NCBI GenBank assembly: GCA_046582655.1 | Contig: JAYGDX010000014.1 | Location: 1-64,000, forward strand | Source: Candidatus Poribacteria bacterium | GTDB taxonomy: Bacteria; Poribacteria; WGA-4E; UBA9662 | DNA length: 64,000 nucleotides | Direction of reading: 5' to 3' | Shown: positions 1 to 10,201 of the stretch, piece by piece | Numbering within the stretch: position 1 is the stretch's first letter | Layout: every line of letters begins with the position of its first letter | Notes under the pieces: model-generated | Database searches by the model: none | The model's input: the letters and a program-made list of their open reading frames with translations, nothing else | Told to the model about the DNA's origin: nothing | Position numbers and translations under genes: made by a program

Positions 1-312
1 CGTTACGGCCACTCGATTAACACTGATCTGGGCCGATGGTGGATATGCAGGTAAATTAATTGCTTGGGTCAAGGATATCTGTGGCTGGAGACTTGAAATA
101 GTGAAACGTTCGGATGATGTTAAAGGATTTAAAGTAGTCCCAAAACGATGGATTGTTGAACGTACATTTGCTTGGCTTTATGGGTATCGTCGATTGAGTA
201 AAGACTATGAATATTTGGTTAGCTCAAGTGAAAATATGATTTATATTGCCATGATACAACTCATGCTTAGGCCACTTGCAATGAACTCAATTTAGAGTTT
301 TTAGACACCCTC
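1..312 (+). mobile_element. IS5-family insertion sequence, right end (continues beyond window start)
   Basis: Transposase C-terminus followed by GAGTTTTTAGACACCCTC (295-312; reverse complement GAGGGTGTCTAAAAACTC, typical of IS5/IS1031-group ends), then TAA as likely target site. Confidence 0.85.
2..295 (+). CDS. IS5-family DDE transposase, C-terminal part (5' partial)
   Basis: Open frame from base 2: IWADGGYAG...[29 protein letters not shown], hallmark IS5 motifs. Confidence 0.92.
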   Translation, partial: VTATRLTLIWADGGYAGKLIAWVKDICGWRLEIVKRSDDVKGFKVVPKRWIVERTFAWLYGYRRLSKDYEYLVSSSENMIYIAMIQLMLRPLAMNSI

Positions 313-1120
313 TAAGACTTTTGGCTGCAAGTGCTCTTTGAACTAGGTATTGGTTATTTCCCCAATAAAAGAAATGTAAAATCATGAGTCCTGTAAAAGC
401 ACCAGTCCATGGAAGAGATTCATGGTCAGAGGGTAAATAAAGGTTCATCTTTGGTACTGCTTGAGCAGCATCGTTGGCCATGAATCCAGCCCATCCTCCA
501 ATCTCGGGTTGTAAAAATGTAAGGATCGCCACCAAAATCCCTGCTATTAAGAGAATTGTAGTTTGAATAAAATCCGTCCACACAACGGCTTTTAGACCAC
601 CAAAAATAGTGTATGTACATGAAATCGCAATAAGGCCAAAGATTCCGCCAATATAACCAAATTGTATCCCAGTATTTGCGAGCAGGATATTCAAGGTTCT
701 TGAACCAATATAAAATGCTGCAATCATCTGGACAAGAATAAGAATAAAGCTTGTTATTGTGTACATAAGTGATGATGCTGGGCCAAATCTTTTTTCCAGA
801 TATTCGCTCAAAGTAAAAATTCTAAGTTTGTAATAAACGGGTAAAAATACATAGGCGAGAAGAAGAAGACCTGCAGCCGCTCCTAGTTCAAAATGAGCTT
901 GCGCAAATCCGATTGAGAACCCAATTCCAAGCATTCCCACTAAGTGGTTTGCCGAAATATTCGTTCCAAAAATAGAACCCGCAACACCATACCAAGGAAT
1001 TGATCTGCCAGCGAGAAAATAGTCTTCTGAAGTATTTTCTTTTTGACCAATGTAGATTCCTACTCCCATAATACATAATAAGAATCCCCCAAAAATGAAT
1101 ATATCTAATCCCGTTAACAT
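313..1120 (-). pseudogene. Sodium:solute symporter (SSS/SLC5), truncated by IS5 insertion
   Basis: DYFLAGRSIPW, GGLKAVVWTDFIQ and QYLVQRALAAKS motifs; only about half the normal length; last residues RGCLKTLN are read from the IS end. Confidence 0.85.
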
Positions 1121-1526
1121 TATGATGGCACCTCTATTCCAGGTTGATACTGACTAAAGGGTAAACTAATTTTGAATATCCCAATCAACTTTTAACACTC
1201 CTGCAGATCTCTTTATTTTCCCCACTTTATCGTTTGTTTTGTTTCTAAAACGAATTTTACTCTTAACTGTAAATTCATCCCGGTCAGTTATTAATCCACA
1301 GTTGAGATTATTTTATACACTAACTTGCTGGGTTTTATCGCCAGACTCTCAATGTTTGAAAGAACCTTGGCTCAGGCGCAAGTCTAGATCAGCAACTTTT
1401 CTTGTACCATCTTAATAGCATTTTCATCATCCACATCGATAAGGGGAAGATATATGGAACGGGATATCCCATCTCTGCTTCCATGTTTAAAGATACCTTA
1501 CCCGAGTAAATTGTTTCTTAGTTGCA

Positions 1527-2082
1527 TTAGTCCGAATATCGTAAACTAAGTTCAATCCTTTCAACACTGATTTCCTCAAAATGATCGGACAGACGCAGGG
1601 AAACCAGATTTTTCCCCGTTGTAATCTGTTTGCCCTCCACTGGATAGACAATCCAGCCACTGTGAATTTCGAGTTCCAGCAATCGACTGTTATTACACCG
1701 GGTTTCAAGTTCCTCGACTGTGGCCTTGGTTAGTGGTTGGTTCCAGTAGTCATCTCTATAGGGGTTCTTGCGGATTTTGCCTTGGGCGATGCGTGACTTC
1801 GCCGGCAAGTCCTTCGCGATGGATCGGACATTAGGATTCGGAGACAAGCCCCATCCATATCCCATAGCACCGTGTTGAACTTGAATTCCTTGTGCCGGGT
1901 AAAGCTGAGCAAGGTATCAGCATATGTCTCAGGTGTCCGGACATCCGGCCGGTAATCAAAAAAGGCGGGTCGTACAAGTTGATGAGCCAACGATCCCGGT
2001 TTGCTATGGCTGTATGTTGCGGTGAAAGCTCCAGTGGTTCTTCCCGTTCCGCGCCTTTATCCGCTGACGAGTGGACCAACAA
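1527..2082 (-). pseudogene. Probable degraded 3' remnant of a hypothetical protein
   Basis: Overlapping short ORFs in different frames; tail WIVYPVEGKQITTGKNLVSLRL...ISVERIELSLRY looks like a real beta-sandwich C-terminus; no convincing start. Confidence 0.35.
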
Positions 2083-3102
2083 TCAGACTAAAAAGGGTAC
2101 CAAGGTCGAATGGTTGGCCGGTATTCATGTGCGTATATTAAGTATTTTGGGATGGTTTTACCAGTCCGGAAAACGCGGCTCCACGATTGTTCTACATCCA
2201 GCGCAGATGCACCGAGTTTCGGCCTTGGCCAAGCACGAGGCAATTTGCACCCAAAGCATTGGAACGCCGGTTACTTGGGGTAATCTGCGGATGCCTTCCA
2301 CCCAAGCATTTCATAGATATCAAAACGAATCGATTCAGAGGCAGCCCGAGTGTAGTTCCAGTCCACGTTGCAGTTCCATATTAGGTCCAATTAAGTCGCC
2401 ATTCTAGCAAATTAGGGCTGGTCCCGCAAGTTTCAAAGGAGAAAATAGAGGCAAGGGGATATCTTGTCAATTCATATCCAGCTATTAAGGCAGCGCATCC
2501 AGAGTTTGAAATGGTGGGAAAGGAAGTGTTTTAGAAGCTAGCTAGCGTTGATATTATTCAATAGATCCTGACAATTACCTTGATAATTTTCAATCAAAGA
2601 TCAATGTTAAGTATCGGCTTCTTTCCTTAGCGTCAGTGATTGATAGCAAAAGTATCTGTTATGCGCCGTAGTTGTGAATCTGCATACAGGCATATCTATC
2701 CGCTGGGTCAATTGGTTGATCTCTAGAATCATAGATGTCAGAGAAAGCATTAGGAATTGAGTCCACATTCTTCATCGCATAGTTATGTGGCCACAATTTA
2801 ATGTTCCCCCGTTCAAATTGGTTCTTGTAATGATCCCACTTACGTTTGACAAGATATTGAGATGAAAAATCTCTTGTTGGAAATTGACCCTGTAGCTTTC
2901 TGTCTTGGGCACCTCTAGTTCAAGTAAATCCCTTTTCGGAACATCACCCACTTGGAAAGAACGAACAGAAGGCCTCCTCTTTATTTTTTTGGGCTGAACG
3001 AGATCAGTTACTAGCCAGCAAACTGGTTGGTTTCCCAATGTTAGTCTGCTATAATCTGGACACATATAAACGCTGCCTGAAAGTTATGGGGAATCAATAG
3101 CC

Positions 3103-4749
3103 ATGGACGTATCACCCAAAAATGCTCCTATCCTGCTCAGTGATGAGCAGGTTCGCCAATATGTCGTTAATGGATATGTTATATTGAAACCATCGGTACC
3201 TACTCATATTCATCAGGTCGTTTGCCGGAAACTGACTGCCTGTTTGAATGAGGGCGGTAATCCCGGCAACAACGTGCTTCCAAAAGTACCTGAAATGCGT
3301 CATGTTCTTAATAGTCCGGAAGTCCGGGGTGCGTTGATAAGTGTTCTGGGCGAAGACTATATTGAGCACCCACACCGCCACTGTCATCATCTTTCACCGG
3401 CAACAGCACCTGCAACCGATGCCAAGGCGAGGACGGATGCCATCGCCGCCAACTGTCACCAGGATGCATATACTCCACTCGGCCGCCCAAGACAGCATTA
3501 CTCTCGTTATGCCAGAATTATGTACTACCCGCAGGATACGCCAATCGAACTGGGTTCCACACATGTCATTCCTGGCACACAGTTTAATCAGGGAATCACC
3601 GATGCAGATCGGGCACAGGCAATTCCGGTGGACGGAGAAGCCGGAACAGTGTCGCTAACCCATTTCGACGTTGGCCATGCCGCTGGTCTGAATACGGTCA
3701 ACCAGCCACGTCACATGGTAAAGTTTATCTACGTGCGGGCAGTGGAACCTGTGACGCCGTCTTGGAACTGTCTAAGTAGGCAATGGCAGCCCCCCCAAGA
3801 TGTCCAAGCCCCCTATGATCTTAATCTGACATGGTCACACGTTTGGGATTGGATGTGTGGGAAGCGGGATCGATACCATAGTTTCAGACAAAAAAACATT
3901 CTCTCGGCCGGCAAAGTATCTCAACTGGTAGAGGATCTGAATGAAGTCCAAGAAGTGAATATCCGTTTGCAAATAATCCACCAAATTTCCGCCTTGAGTG
4001 CTGAGGCTACCGATGCCATACCTTATTTAATTGAAATGTTGAATACTGATCATCAAGCGATACGCCTGGCTGCTATTTATACTCTGGGAATCATTGGCCA
4101 ACCAGCGGTAGAACCACTGATTGCTAGTCTGAAAGAGAGTGGTGTCCGTGAAGAAGCTCATTCGGTACCGCAACCTTGGAACGAAGGGGCTATCCTGATG
4201 GATGATACGGCTTTTGCCTTGACTGCCGTTGGTTCTTCTGCCGTTGAAGCTTTAATTTTGGCACTGGATGACACCAGCGAATGGACTCGAATCAACGTAG
4301 CTTTCGCTCTGGGTGAGTTAGATTCCCACGCCGCCAATGCGGTTCCACGCCTAATACAATGCTTGAATGATAAATCTCATCGATTTGTCCGTACCGTACT
4401 GGACGCACTGGGCAGTATTTGTCAAAACGTCCCGACTTTTGTCACTGACATCAGCCAGTTCTTATTGAAAGAGGAACCAAGTTGGGAAGAGGAATTACAC
4501 TCTCGTCGGTGGACAGCGCAGGACCAGATTCGTATCAACGCGGCCATGGCGTTAACACGGTTGGGCCAGGATGCGGGTGCAGCTGAGGATGTCCTGATTC
4601 AGGCGCTTGACGATCCCTGTGGGCACGTTGGCGCCTTTGCCATGGATGCTCTAAGGCGACTTGATTCAACCAGTTCGAAACAGGCAATCATGTCGTATCT
4701 AGAGGCCCAGCGCTGGGATGAGTCTATTCGACAGGACAGGTTGTATTGA
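3103..4749 (+). CDS. PhyH-family dioxygenase fused to HEAT/PBS-lyase repeats
   Basis: N-terminal QYVVNGY...HQD...IPGT...H; C-terminal repeats AIPYLIEML, AVEPLIASL, AVEALILAL, AVPRLIQCL. Confidence 0.88.
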   Translation: MDVSPKNAPILLSDEQVRQYVVNGYVILKPSVPTHIHQVVCRKLTACLNEGGNPGNNVLPKVPEMRHVLNSPEVRGALISVLGEDYIEHPHRHCHHLSPATAPATDAKARTDAIAANCHQDAYTPLGRPRQHYSRYARIMYYPQDTPIELGSTHVIPGTQFNQGITDADRAQAIPVDGEAGTVSLTHFDVGHAAGLNTVNQPRHMVKFIYVRAVEPVTPSWNCLSRQWQPPQDVQAPYDLNLTWSHVWDWMCGKRDRYHSFRQKNILSAGKVSQLVEDLNEVQEVNIRLQIIHQISALSAEATDAIPYLIEMLNTDHQAIRLAAIYTLGIIGQPAVEPLIASLKESGVREEAHSVPQPWNEGAILMDDTAFALTAVGSSAVEALILALDDTSEWTRINVAFALGELDSHAANAVPRLIQCLNDKSHRFVRTVLDALGSICQNVPTFVTDISQFLLKEEPSWEEELHSRRWTAQDQIRINAAMALTRLGQDAGAAEDVLIQALDDPCGHVGAFAMDALRRLDSTSSKQAIMSYLEAQRWDESIRQDRLY

Positions 4750-4985
4750 GGCCGCAGTTTTCAGCCGATGTAATTGCTTTTGCAGGCCAGAGATTGACGA
4801 AAAATATGTGGGTGAGTTTCTTCCGTACTACACGGGGAAGTCTCTAAGGTGTTTTAGGTTCCTCTTTGGGGAAAACTCATTCCCGTCTTGGGGATAAGGA
4901 GATGCAATCCTAAAGACGGTTGAGTAAGATTTTTTATCGAGTCGTAATTCGTTTTTCAGATCTCACCGTGTTTACCCATCACACA

Positions 4986-5709
4986 TCATTTTGAGTGGGC
5001 AATCACAAAATCTACCAGCTGTTGGCATTGAAAAAAGCCGGACCACATGTTGTGTCCCTGGTTCTTGAGTGTCACTAGCCTAGTTTCTCCACCTAATTGT
5101 TGGTATCGCTGAGCCAATTTCCCCGAGTTTTCTTCCAGAGGCACTACGATATCACAATCACCATGAACAAAGAATATCGGCACATTTTCCTCAGCCAATC
5201 CCTCTAGGCGATCGACTGGATTATGCCAGCTAAGGTTGGCTTCAAGTTGCTCCTTAGTCATGCCATAAACCTCAGACGCTTTATGGAGACCAGGATAACT
5301 GCTGAGATTACATACCGGGTAGATGCCGGCCATGCAGGCCACGAAAGCAGGATGCTCTGCTGCCCAATTATAAAGCATTAGCCCCCCTCGGCTTCGTGCC
5401 AGTAATAATGCTTTACTAGAGAGATTATACTTCTGACTCAAATATTGGTGAAAGGTGAAATAGCGTGCTCGACCCTGAGGGTTACCGAACGATTCACCGA
5501 CATCGATACTAGCAATAAGCTATACCGGCTTGTAGAAACCTGTCAAACATCCAGACTTCTTCAGCTCCTGGTAAGCCAGGCAATGTCGGTGCGTACCACA
5601 CCCAGGGAAGTTTATCACTGGATTGAGCCGGTAGAATCAGGAAGGCGATATCTCCTTCCACTGAGAAAGTTTGCCCGCTGATTGGCAATTCCTTGGTAGC
5701 GGTTGTCAT
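4986..5709 (-). pseudogene. Alpha/beta hydrolase (S9-like) with a +1 frameshift near 5517
   Basis: PWVWYAPTL...AGIA joins IASIDVGESFGNPQGR...ARSRGG...HGDCDIVVP...GH if one T is removed. Confidence 0.8.
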
Positions 5710-5735
5710 AGCTGTTTCTTCTATGGATGAACCTA

Positions 5736-6356
5736 TTATGAGATGGAATTTTGTCCTACTGACAACTGGTCATGATTTCCCGTTACCAGGGTTGATCTGG
5801 TCAACAAACCATCGATAGCTTGTTGCAATTCTTCAGGCTTAAATCCCCATGGGCCTAGTCCACTGGCATAGACGACTTCCCCTTTGAGATCGATCAAATA
5901 AAATCGTTCCGGCCAGGCAGCATAAGCTTTCATCACTGAGTCATGAATCTCATCCACGTAGGTACGAATACCGTACTGCATTGCCTGTTGACACTCAGCT
6001 GCCACTCGACAACGTTCCTCGGTGGTCTTGGGATCAGTAATCCTGTTGGGACTATTAACATCCCAGCCGTCTATTGGGTGTGCTTCGCGAATATAAATCA
6101 CCAAGAATTCAATTTGTTGATGATATTGCTGGTAGAGTTGATGCAGACTGACCGACTGTCGAACGAATGGCGGTCATGTAAAACTGCCAAAAATTAGGGC
6201 TACCGGTTTCTGTTGCCGAAAACTGGAGAGCGCCAGCGGATTTTCTCCCCGAGTATCGGACAACTGAAAATCGGGTGCTATATCTCCCTCTTTAGGTGCT
6301 GATGGATCGTATTTTTGTTGCCAAGCTAGGGCATCTTCTTTATTTTGAAAGGTCAT
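5736..6356 (-). CDS. Iodothyronine deiodinase-like selenoprotein (thioredoxin fold), Sec at codon 61
   Basis: ORFs 6174..6356 and 5736..6104 share a frame, separated only by TGA at 6174-6176: KPVALIFGSFT-U-PPF...FLVIYIREAHPIDGW...YAAWPERFY. Confidence 0.9.
6137..6164 (-). promoter_or_regulatory. Candidate bacterial SECIS element
   Basis: mRNA +10..+37 after the UGA can pair GUU(C)GA-CAG with CUG(CA)UC-AAC around loop UCGGUCAGU; folded by eye only. Confidence 0.45.
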
Positions 6357-6399
6357 ATTCGTAGTTCCTTTTCCTCTTCTCTAATGATGATGTTACTGT

Positions 6400-7314
6400 T
6401 TATCGTTGTCCTGGCCATGACCAATCGAGCAGGTTTTGACTCCAAGCAATGCCGATGGAAGCATGATTGTCAAAATGTATCTTTTCCGTTTCTGGGCCTG
6501 ATCCATGATAAAACATCAAGTACTTTTCCACACCTTCAAGTTGACGAAGATCTACTACGGTACCGGCGGTGATTCGGCCATGAGCCCACGGCCAGTCTTT
6601 TTGCCCCAAAGTAACCAGTTGCCCCCAATCATGCCAGTTCACCAAGTCGGTGGATCGTTTGATTCCAATACCGTTGGAGGGTGAATGAAACAGGATGTAC
6701 TGATTGTCTTCGACTAGGACACAGACATTTTCTCCGCATGGATAGTTACCTCGGTAAGTCCAGTTTTCCAGATCAGTGGACGACGATAGGCTAACCCCAT
6801 TCTGTTTGTAGAAGCACCACCATAGTTCTGATTGGTCTTTGTCTTGCACCAAGTAGGGATCAATCATCCGTCCCATCTCTTCCTCACGCACCTGTGGTCC
6901 TTTGACTAGCAGGATCTCCGGTTTCGACCAGTTGACTAGATCAATACTACGCATGATAAAGATTCTGGAGGTCTGGTCACCATAGCGAGGAATTTGGTCG
7001 ACAGTATATCCGGGTCGCGGATAAGCCTGCAAGCAAAGCAACCATTCCTGCCGGAAGTAGATGACATTACCTGGACTGGAAAAGTTCAGCGACTGATCTC
7101 TAGGCGTCAATTTATGGGGCAGAGTCCAGTTGAGTAGATCAGAACTAGTCGAGTAGGCAGTATAGCTAAAAATATAACCATCATTCTCGATTTCCACCAA
7201 ACTATAAAATAGGTAGAAAACGCGATTATGATAGAGAATGGCCGGATCACGGTATGCCGTCGATTGGTCACCGTGCAAAATGATAGGGGATTCTATTTTT
7301 TTTAGGTCCATCAT
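6400..7314 (-). CDS. Five-bladed beta-propeller glycoside hydrolase-like protein (GH43/32/130-like fold)
   Basis: AYRDPAILY, repeated S-x-DL-x-NW Asp-box-like units, MIDPYL. Confidence 0.75.
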   Translation of the reverse strand: MMDLKKIESPIILHGDQSTAYRDPAILYHNRVFYLFYSLVEIENDGYIFSYTAYSTSSDLLNWTLPHKLTPRDQSLNFSSPGNVIYFRQEWLLCLQAYPRPGYTVDQIPRYGDQTSRIFIMRSIDLVNWSKPEILLVKGPQVREEEMGRMIDPYLVQDKDQSELWWCFYKQNGVSLSSSTDLENWTYRGNYPCGENVCVLVEDNQYILFHSPSNGIGIKRSTDLVNWHDWGQLVTLGQKDWPWAHGRITAGTVVDLRQLEGVEKYLMFYHGSGPETEKIHFDNHASIGIAWSQNLLDWSWPGQR

Positions 7315-7458
7315 CTTCTTGCATTATCCGTAGGCAGTCGATCTAAACTTGAATCAAATTTGTTCCCGCAATCCATTATTATCACCAGTGAGCATGGCAG
7401 GCAACTGCATTTAGGCTTTTGAACCGAATTCTAAATTCTAGGATAGCAAGGTAACTAT

Positions 7459-8331
7459 TCAACCGCGCCAACTGGTATCGATACTAGTATATCCATGTGT
7501 GTACCGTTGCAGATGCAGGGGCAGTTCAGCCAGAAACCGCTGGCCTTCTTCTGGCATTTGCCAGGGAATATCAATCTGGTGGTTACGGTTCCGGAACCCG
7601 ATTGCACAGGAAAGACGGATCTGATCCGTTTGGTTGGAAAACGCACCGTGATAAGTACGGTGCGCAAAGATAATCATGTCACCCGGATTGGTGAATAGGG
7701 GTACTATTCCCGGTACGTCGAACCCGTTGTAGGCTTTTTCTTCCTGACCTTCAGGATAAAATGACCGTTTATCGGAAGTTAGCCGAAACCCTTCCGGCCC
7801 TGACCAGTTTTCAAGGTGTGAATCTTCGATGACGCATAAACCTCCGTGTATAGGGTAAGATCCGGTGATATAGAACCACTTGCCGGAAGGCCACAATCCA
7901 CGGTTGAGAACATCGCCCGAATTCTTAGGTGCTTCCTCCGAAAATCCGCACCAGTCGGTATGCCAGGCTACCGGACTGGATTCCGGCATGCGAATGATGG
8001 CCGCTGACCGGTGTATCGTCACTTGGTCAGTACCGATCAGATGTTGGTGGATTGTCATAAAGGGATGATATTCTAGCAGTTGCCAAGCACCGGCACCGGA
8101 CTCGACCCAGGCATGCCGTGTTCCGCTTTCTCCTTGATTCAGAGTGCGATCGGGATCGGTACCGTCGAAGACAGCTTGTTTGAGACTGTCAATCATCTGC
8201 TCTGGCAGTACATCTTTGACGATAGCAAATCCATGAGTTTCTAGACAATCAGACATCTGATCTAGCTGATCCATCCCAAACTGGTATTGATACCTTAGGT
8301 CCGGCTGCTGAACGTGTGAATAGTCTTCCAT
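7459..8331 (-). CDS. PhyH-family dioxygenase
   Basis: HGFAIVKDVL, WHTD, PGDMIIFAHRTYHG; start moved to ATG 8331 after a GGAGG RBS. Confidence 0.88.
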   Translation of the reverse strand: MEDYSHVQQPDLRYQYQFGMDQLDQMSDCLETHGFAIVKDVLPEQMIDSLKQAVFDGTDPDRTLNQGESGTRHAWVESGAGAWQLLEYHPFMTIHQHLIGTDQVTIHRSAAIIRMPESSPVAWHTDWCGFSEEAPKNSGDVLNRGLWPSGKWFYITGSYPIHGGLCVIEDSHLENWSGPEGFRLTSDKRSFYPEGQEEKAYNGFDVPGIVPLFTNPGDMIIFAHRTYHGAFSNQTDQIRLSCAIGFRNRNHQIDIPWQMPEEGQRFLAELPLHLQRYTHGYTSIDTSWRG

Positions 8332-8372
8332 CTGATTTATACCTCCATTGGGTCTCTGTTTTATTTCAATGA

Positions 8373-9395
8373 TCAATCCAAACTGTTTAATACCAGCTCC
8401 AGTAAGTCGGGGTTGGCTGATTCACTGTCACCGTCTTTGATGACGGGGCCAGGGTTTTGCACCACTACCACCTGTTGTTGGGGAAAAACTGTTAGATAAT
8501 GCCCGTTGGCCCCACTGGCAGTGAATCCAGTTTGTGGTAGGTTGGGCCACAACTGGCCTTTACTGTTGGTCCAGAAACCTAAGCCGTATTTCCATTCTGA
8601 TACCGAACTGTGAGTCAGGAGATCAGCCGAAACCCGAATACTAGTGTTCAGCCAATTTGCCGGAACAATCTGCTGATCTTGCCAGTAACCATTGTTGCAC
8701 CATAACCAACCCAAACGAGCGAGATCTCTGGCGGTGGTATAAATCTGGCAATAATAACCGAAGATATTAAGCCGCGCTTGATGGTGCAAGTCGAAATTGG
8801 TCTGTCTATAATTCCAATCGGTACCGATGCGCTCAGCCAGCTTGGTTTTGATCAACTGGCCGAAACCGATTGACCCTTCTGGATCAGTGACATCATAGTA
8901 ACCGTAGATCTTGGCCAGGGCATGAGTCAGGATATTCATACCATAGGTCTGGTAGTGAAAAACCTTTCCTGGCGTCTCTTCCGGTTTCATGTAGCCGGAG
9001 GTGTTAGCAATCAATTGTCGGAAAGTGATGTCTTTATCTTTGGGAAAAGCGTACCGGCCAAGTTTAGGTCCTTGCCTGTCTTGTATCTCCATCATCTCCG
9101 GATAGTAGTCCACTACCTTCTCTTCGGCAGAATTCAGTTTTCTTTCTTGAATGATTATTCCTAGGAGGTTAGAGTAAACGGACTTGGCAGCTGAAGCAAT
9201 AGGTACCTGCCGATCCGGTTCCATGCCTATGTTGACTTCCAGCGCGATTTGACCGTCACGCAGTACCAGAAACCGGTAAGGTCGGGATGCTGACTTTTCA
9301 GCCATCCACTGCCGTGCCAGATCCAGCTTCTCGATATCGAAACCGAGTTGAGACGGCGCGGTTACTGCCCACTCGGTGGTGGGGTAGGATTTCAT
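8373..9395 (-). CDS. Serine hydrolase, beta-lactamase class C-like
   Basis: SAAK (SxxK), ITFRQL..TSG, PGKVFHY, TARDLARLG, YGLGFW, ASGANG. Confidence 0.88.
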   Translation of the reverse strand: MKSYPTTEWAVTAPSQLGFDIEKLDLARQWMAEKSASRPYRFLVLRDGQIALEVNIGMEPDRQVPIASAAKSVYSNLLGIIIQERKLNSAEEKVVDYYPEMMEIQDRQGPKLGRYAFPKDKDITFRQLIANTSGYMKPEETPGKVFHYQTYGMNILTHALAKIYGYYDVTDPEGSIGFGQLIKTKLAERIGTDWNYRQTNFDLHHQARLNIFGYYCQIYTTARDLARLGWLWCNNGYWQDQQIVPANWLNTSIRVSADLLTHSSVSEWKYGLGFWTNSKGQLWPNLPQTGFTASGANGHYLTVFPQQQVVVVQNPGPVIKDGDSESANPDLLELVLNSLD

Positions 9396-9401
9396 TTCTG
9401 G

Positions 9402-10166
9402 TTAGCCCTCCTCAGACCAAGAAATTTCCTCAAAAACGCGGGACACCACCCAATCAGGTCTAGGGTTTTCCACCGGTCTGGGTTTGTTATCAATATCATT
9501 ATAAGCGATGATCAAACTCTTACGTGGGACAGGAGATAGGTTATGGTTAGAACTATGTACTAAGTTACAATCGAAAAACAGCACATCCCCCGGTTGACCT
9601 GTGATCTGTCGAATCTCGGTTTCGCGGATCTTTTCTTTCAACACCGATTTCTGGATACACCACTGTTTGTAACTGGTGGTAGTGGTATCGCTGTGGTGTT
9701 CCTGCCTTCCCCATGAGTGGGAACCGGAGATCACCATCAGACAGCCGTTGTGAAGTGTAGCTGGATCTAGAAATATCATCACCGACATCAGCTTAGAATC
9801 AACACCATCGTAGATCCAATAACCGTAATCTTGGTGCCAGAGCCAGACCGTACCTTCAAAAGCCTCTTTGACATTCAGTTTGCTGTGCCAGATATAAAAA
9901 CTATTTTGCAGGATCTGTTGTACCGGCTCCACGATTTTGGGGTGTCGCGCCAAATTTCTAAAGGTGGGAACATATCGGTGGGAATTGTAGACTTGCCGGA
10001 CAGCACCGCTATGTTCCCGCTCCCGGTGCATGCCGCTGTCATCGTCTGTCAACAGGAGAGGGACATCCGTATTCAAAGCGTCAATTTCCTCAACCGACAG
10101 TAAATTGGGCACCAGAAGAAATCCTTCCTGATGGTACTGTTTCAACTGCTGTATGGCCCATCTCAT
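9402..10166 (-). CDS. PhyH-family dioxygenase (ectoine hydroxylase-like subgroup)
   Basis: SKLNVK...WLWHQDYGYW, NGCLMVISGSH, GDVLFFDCNLVHSS. Confidence 0.9.
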   Translation of the reverse strand: MRWAIQQLKQYHQEGFLLVPNLLSVEEIDALNTDVPLLLTDDDSGMHREREHSGAVRQVYNSHRYVPTFRNLARHPKIVEPVQQILQNSFYIWHSKLNVKEAFEGTVWLWHQDYGYWIYDGVDSKLMSVMIFLDPATLHNGCLMVISGSHSWGRQEHHSDTTTTSYKQWCIQKSVLKEKIRETEIRQITGQPGDVLFFDCNLVHSSNHNLSPVPRKSLIIAYNDIDNKPRPVENPRPDWVVSRVFEEISWSEEG

Positions 10167-10201
10167 CAGCGATATCCCTCCGACGGATAAGTCTTATTTT
10201 T

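Noticed and set aside
1892..2407. 171-aa plus-strand ORF
   Set aside because: Atypical composition, no RBS or motif, and it overlaps probable minus-strand debris
2772..3065. 97-aa minus-strand ORF
   Set aside because: No recognisable family or RBS; cannot be supported
9402..10166. Gene symbol ectD
   Set aside because: Similar subgroup, but the full EctD signature is not matched and there is no ectABC context
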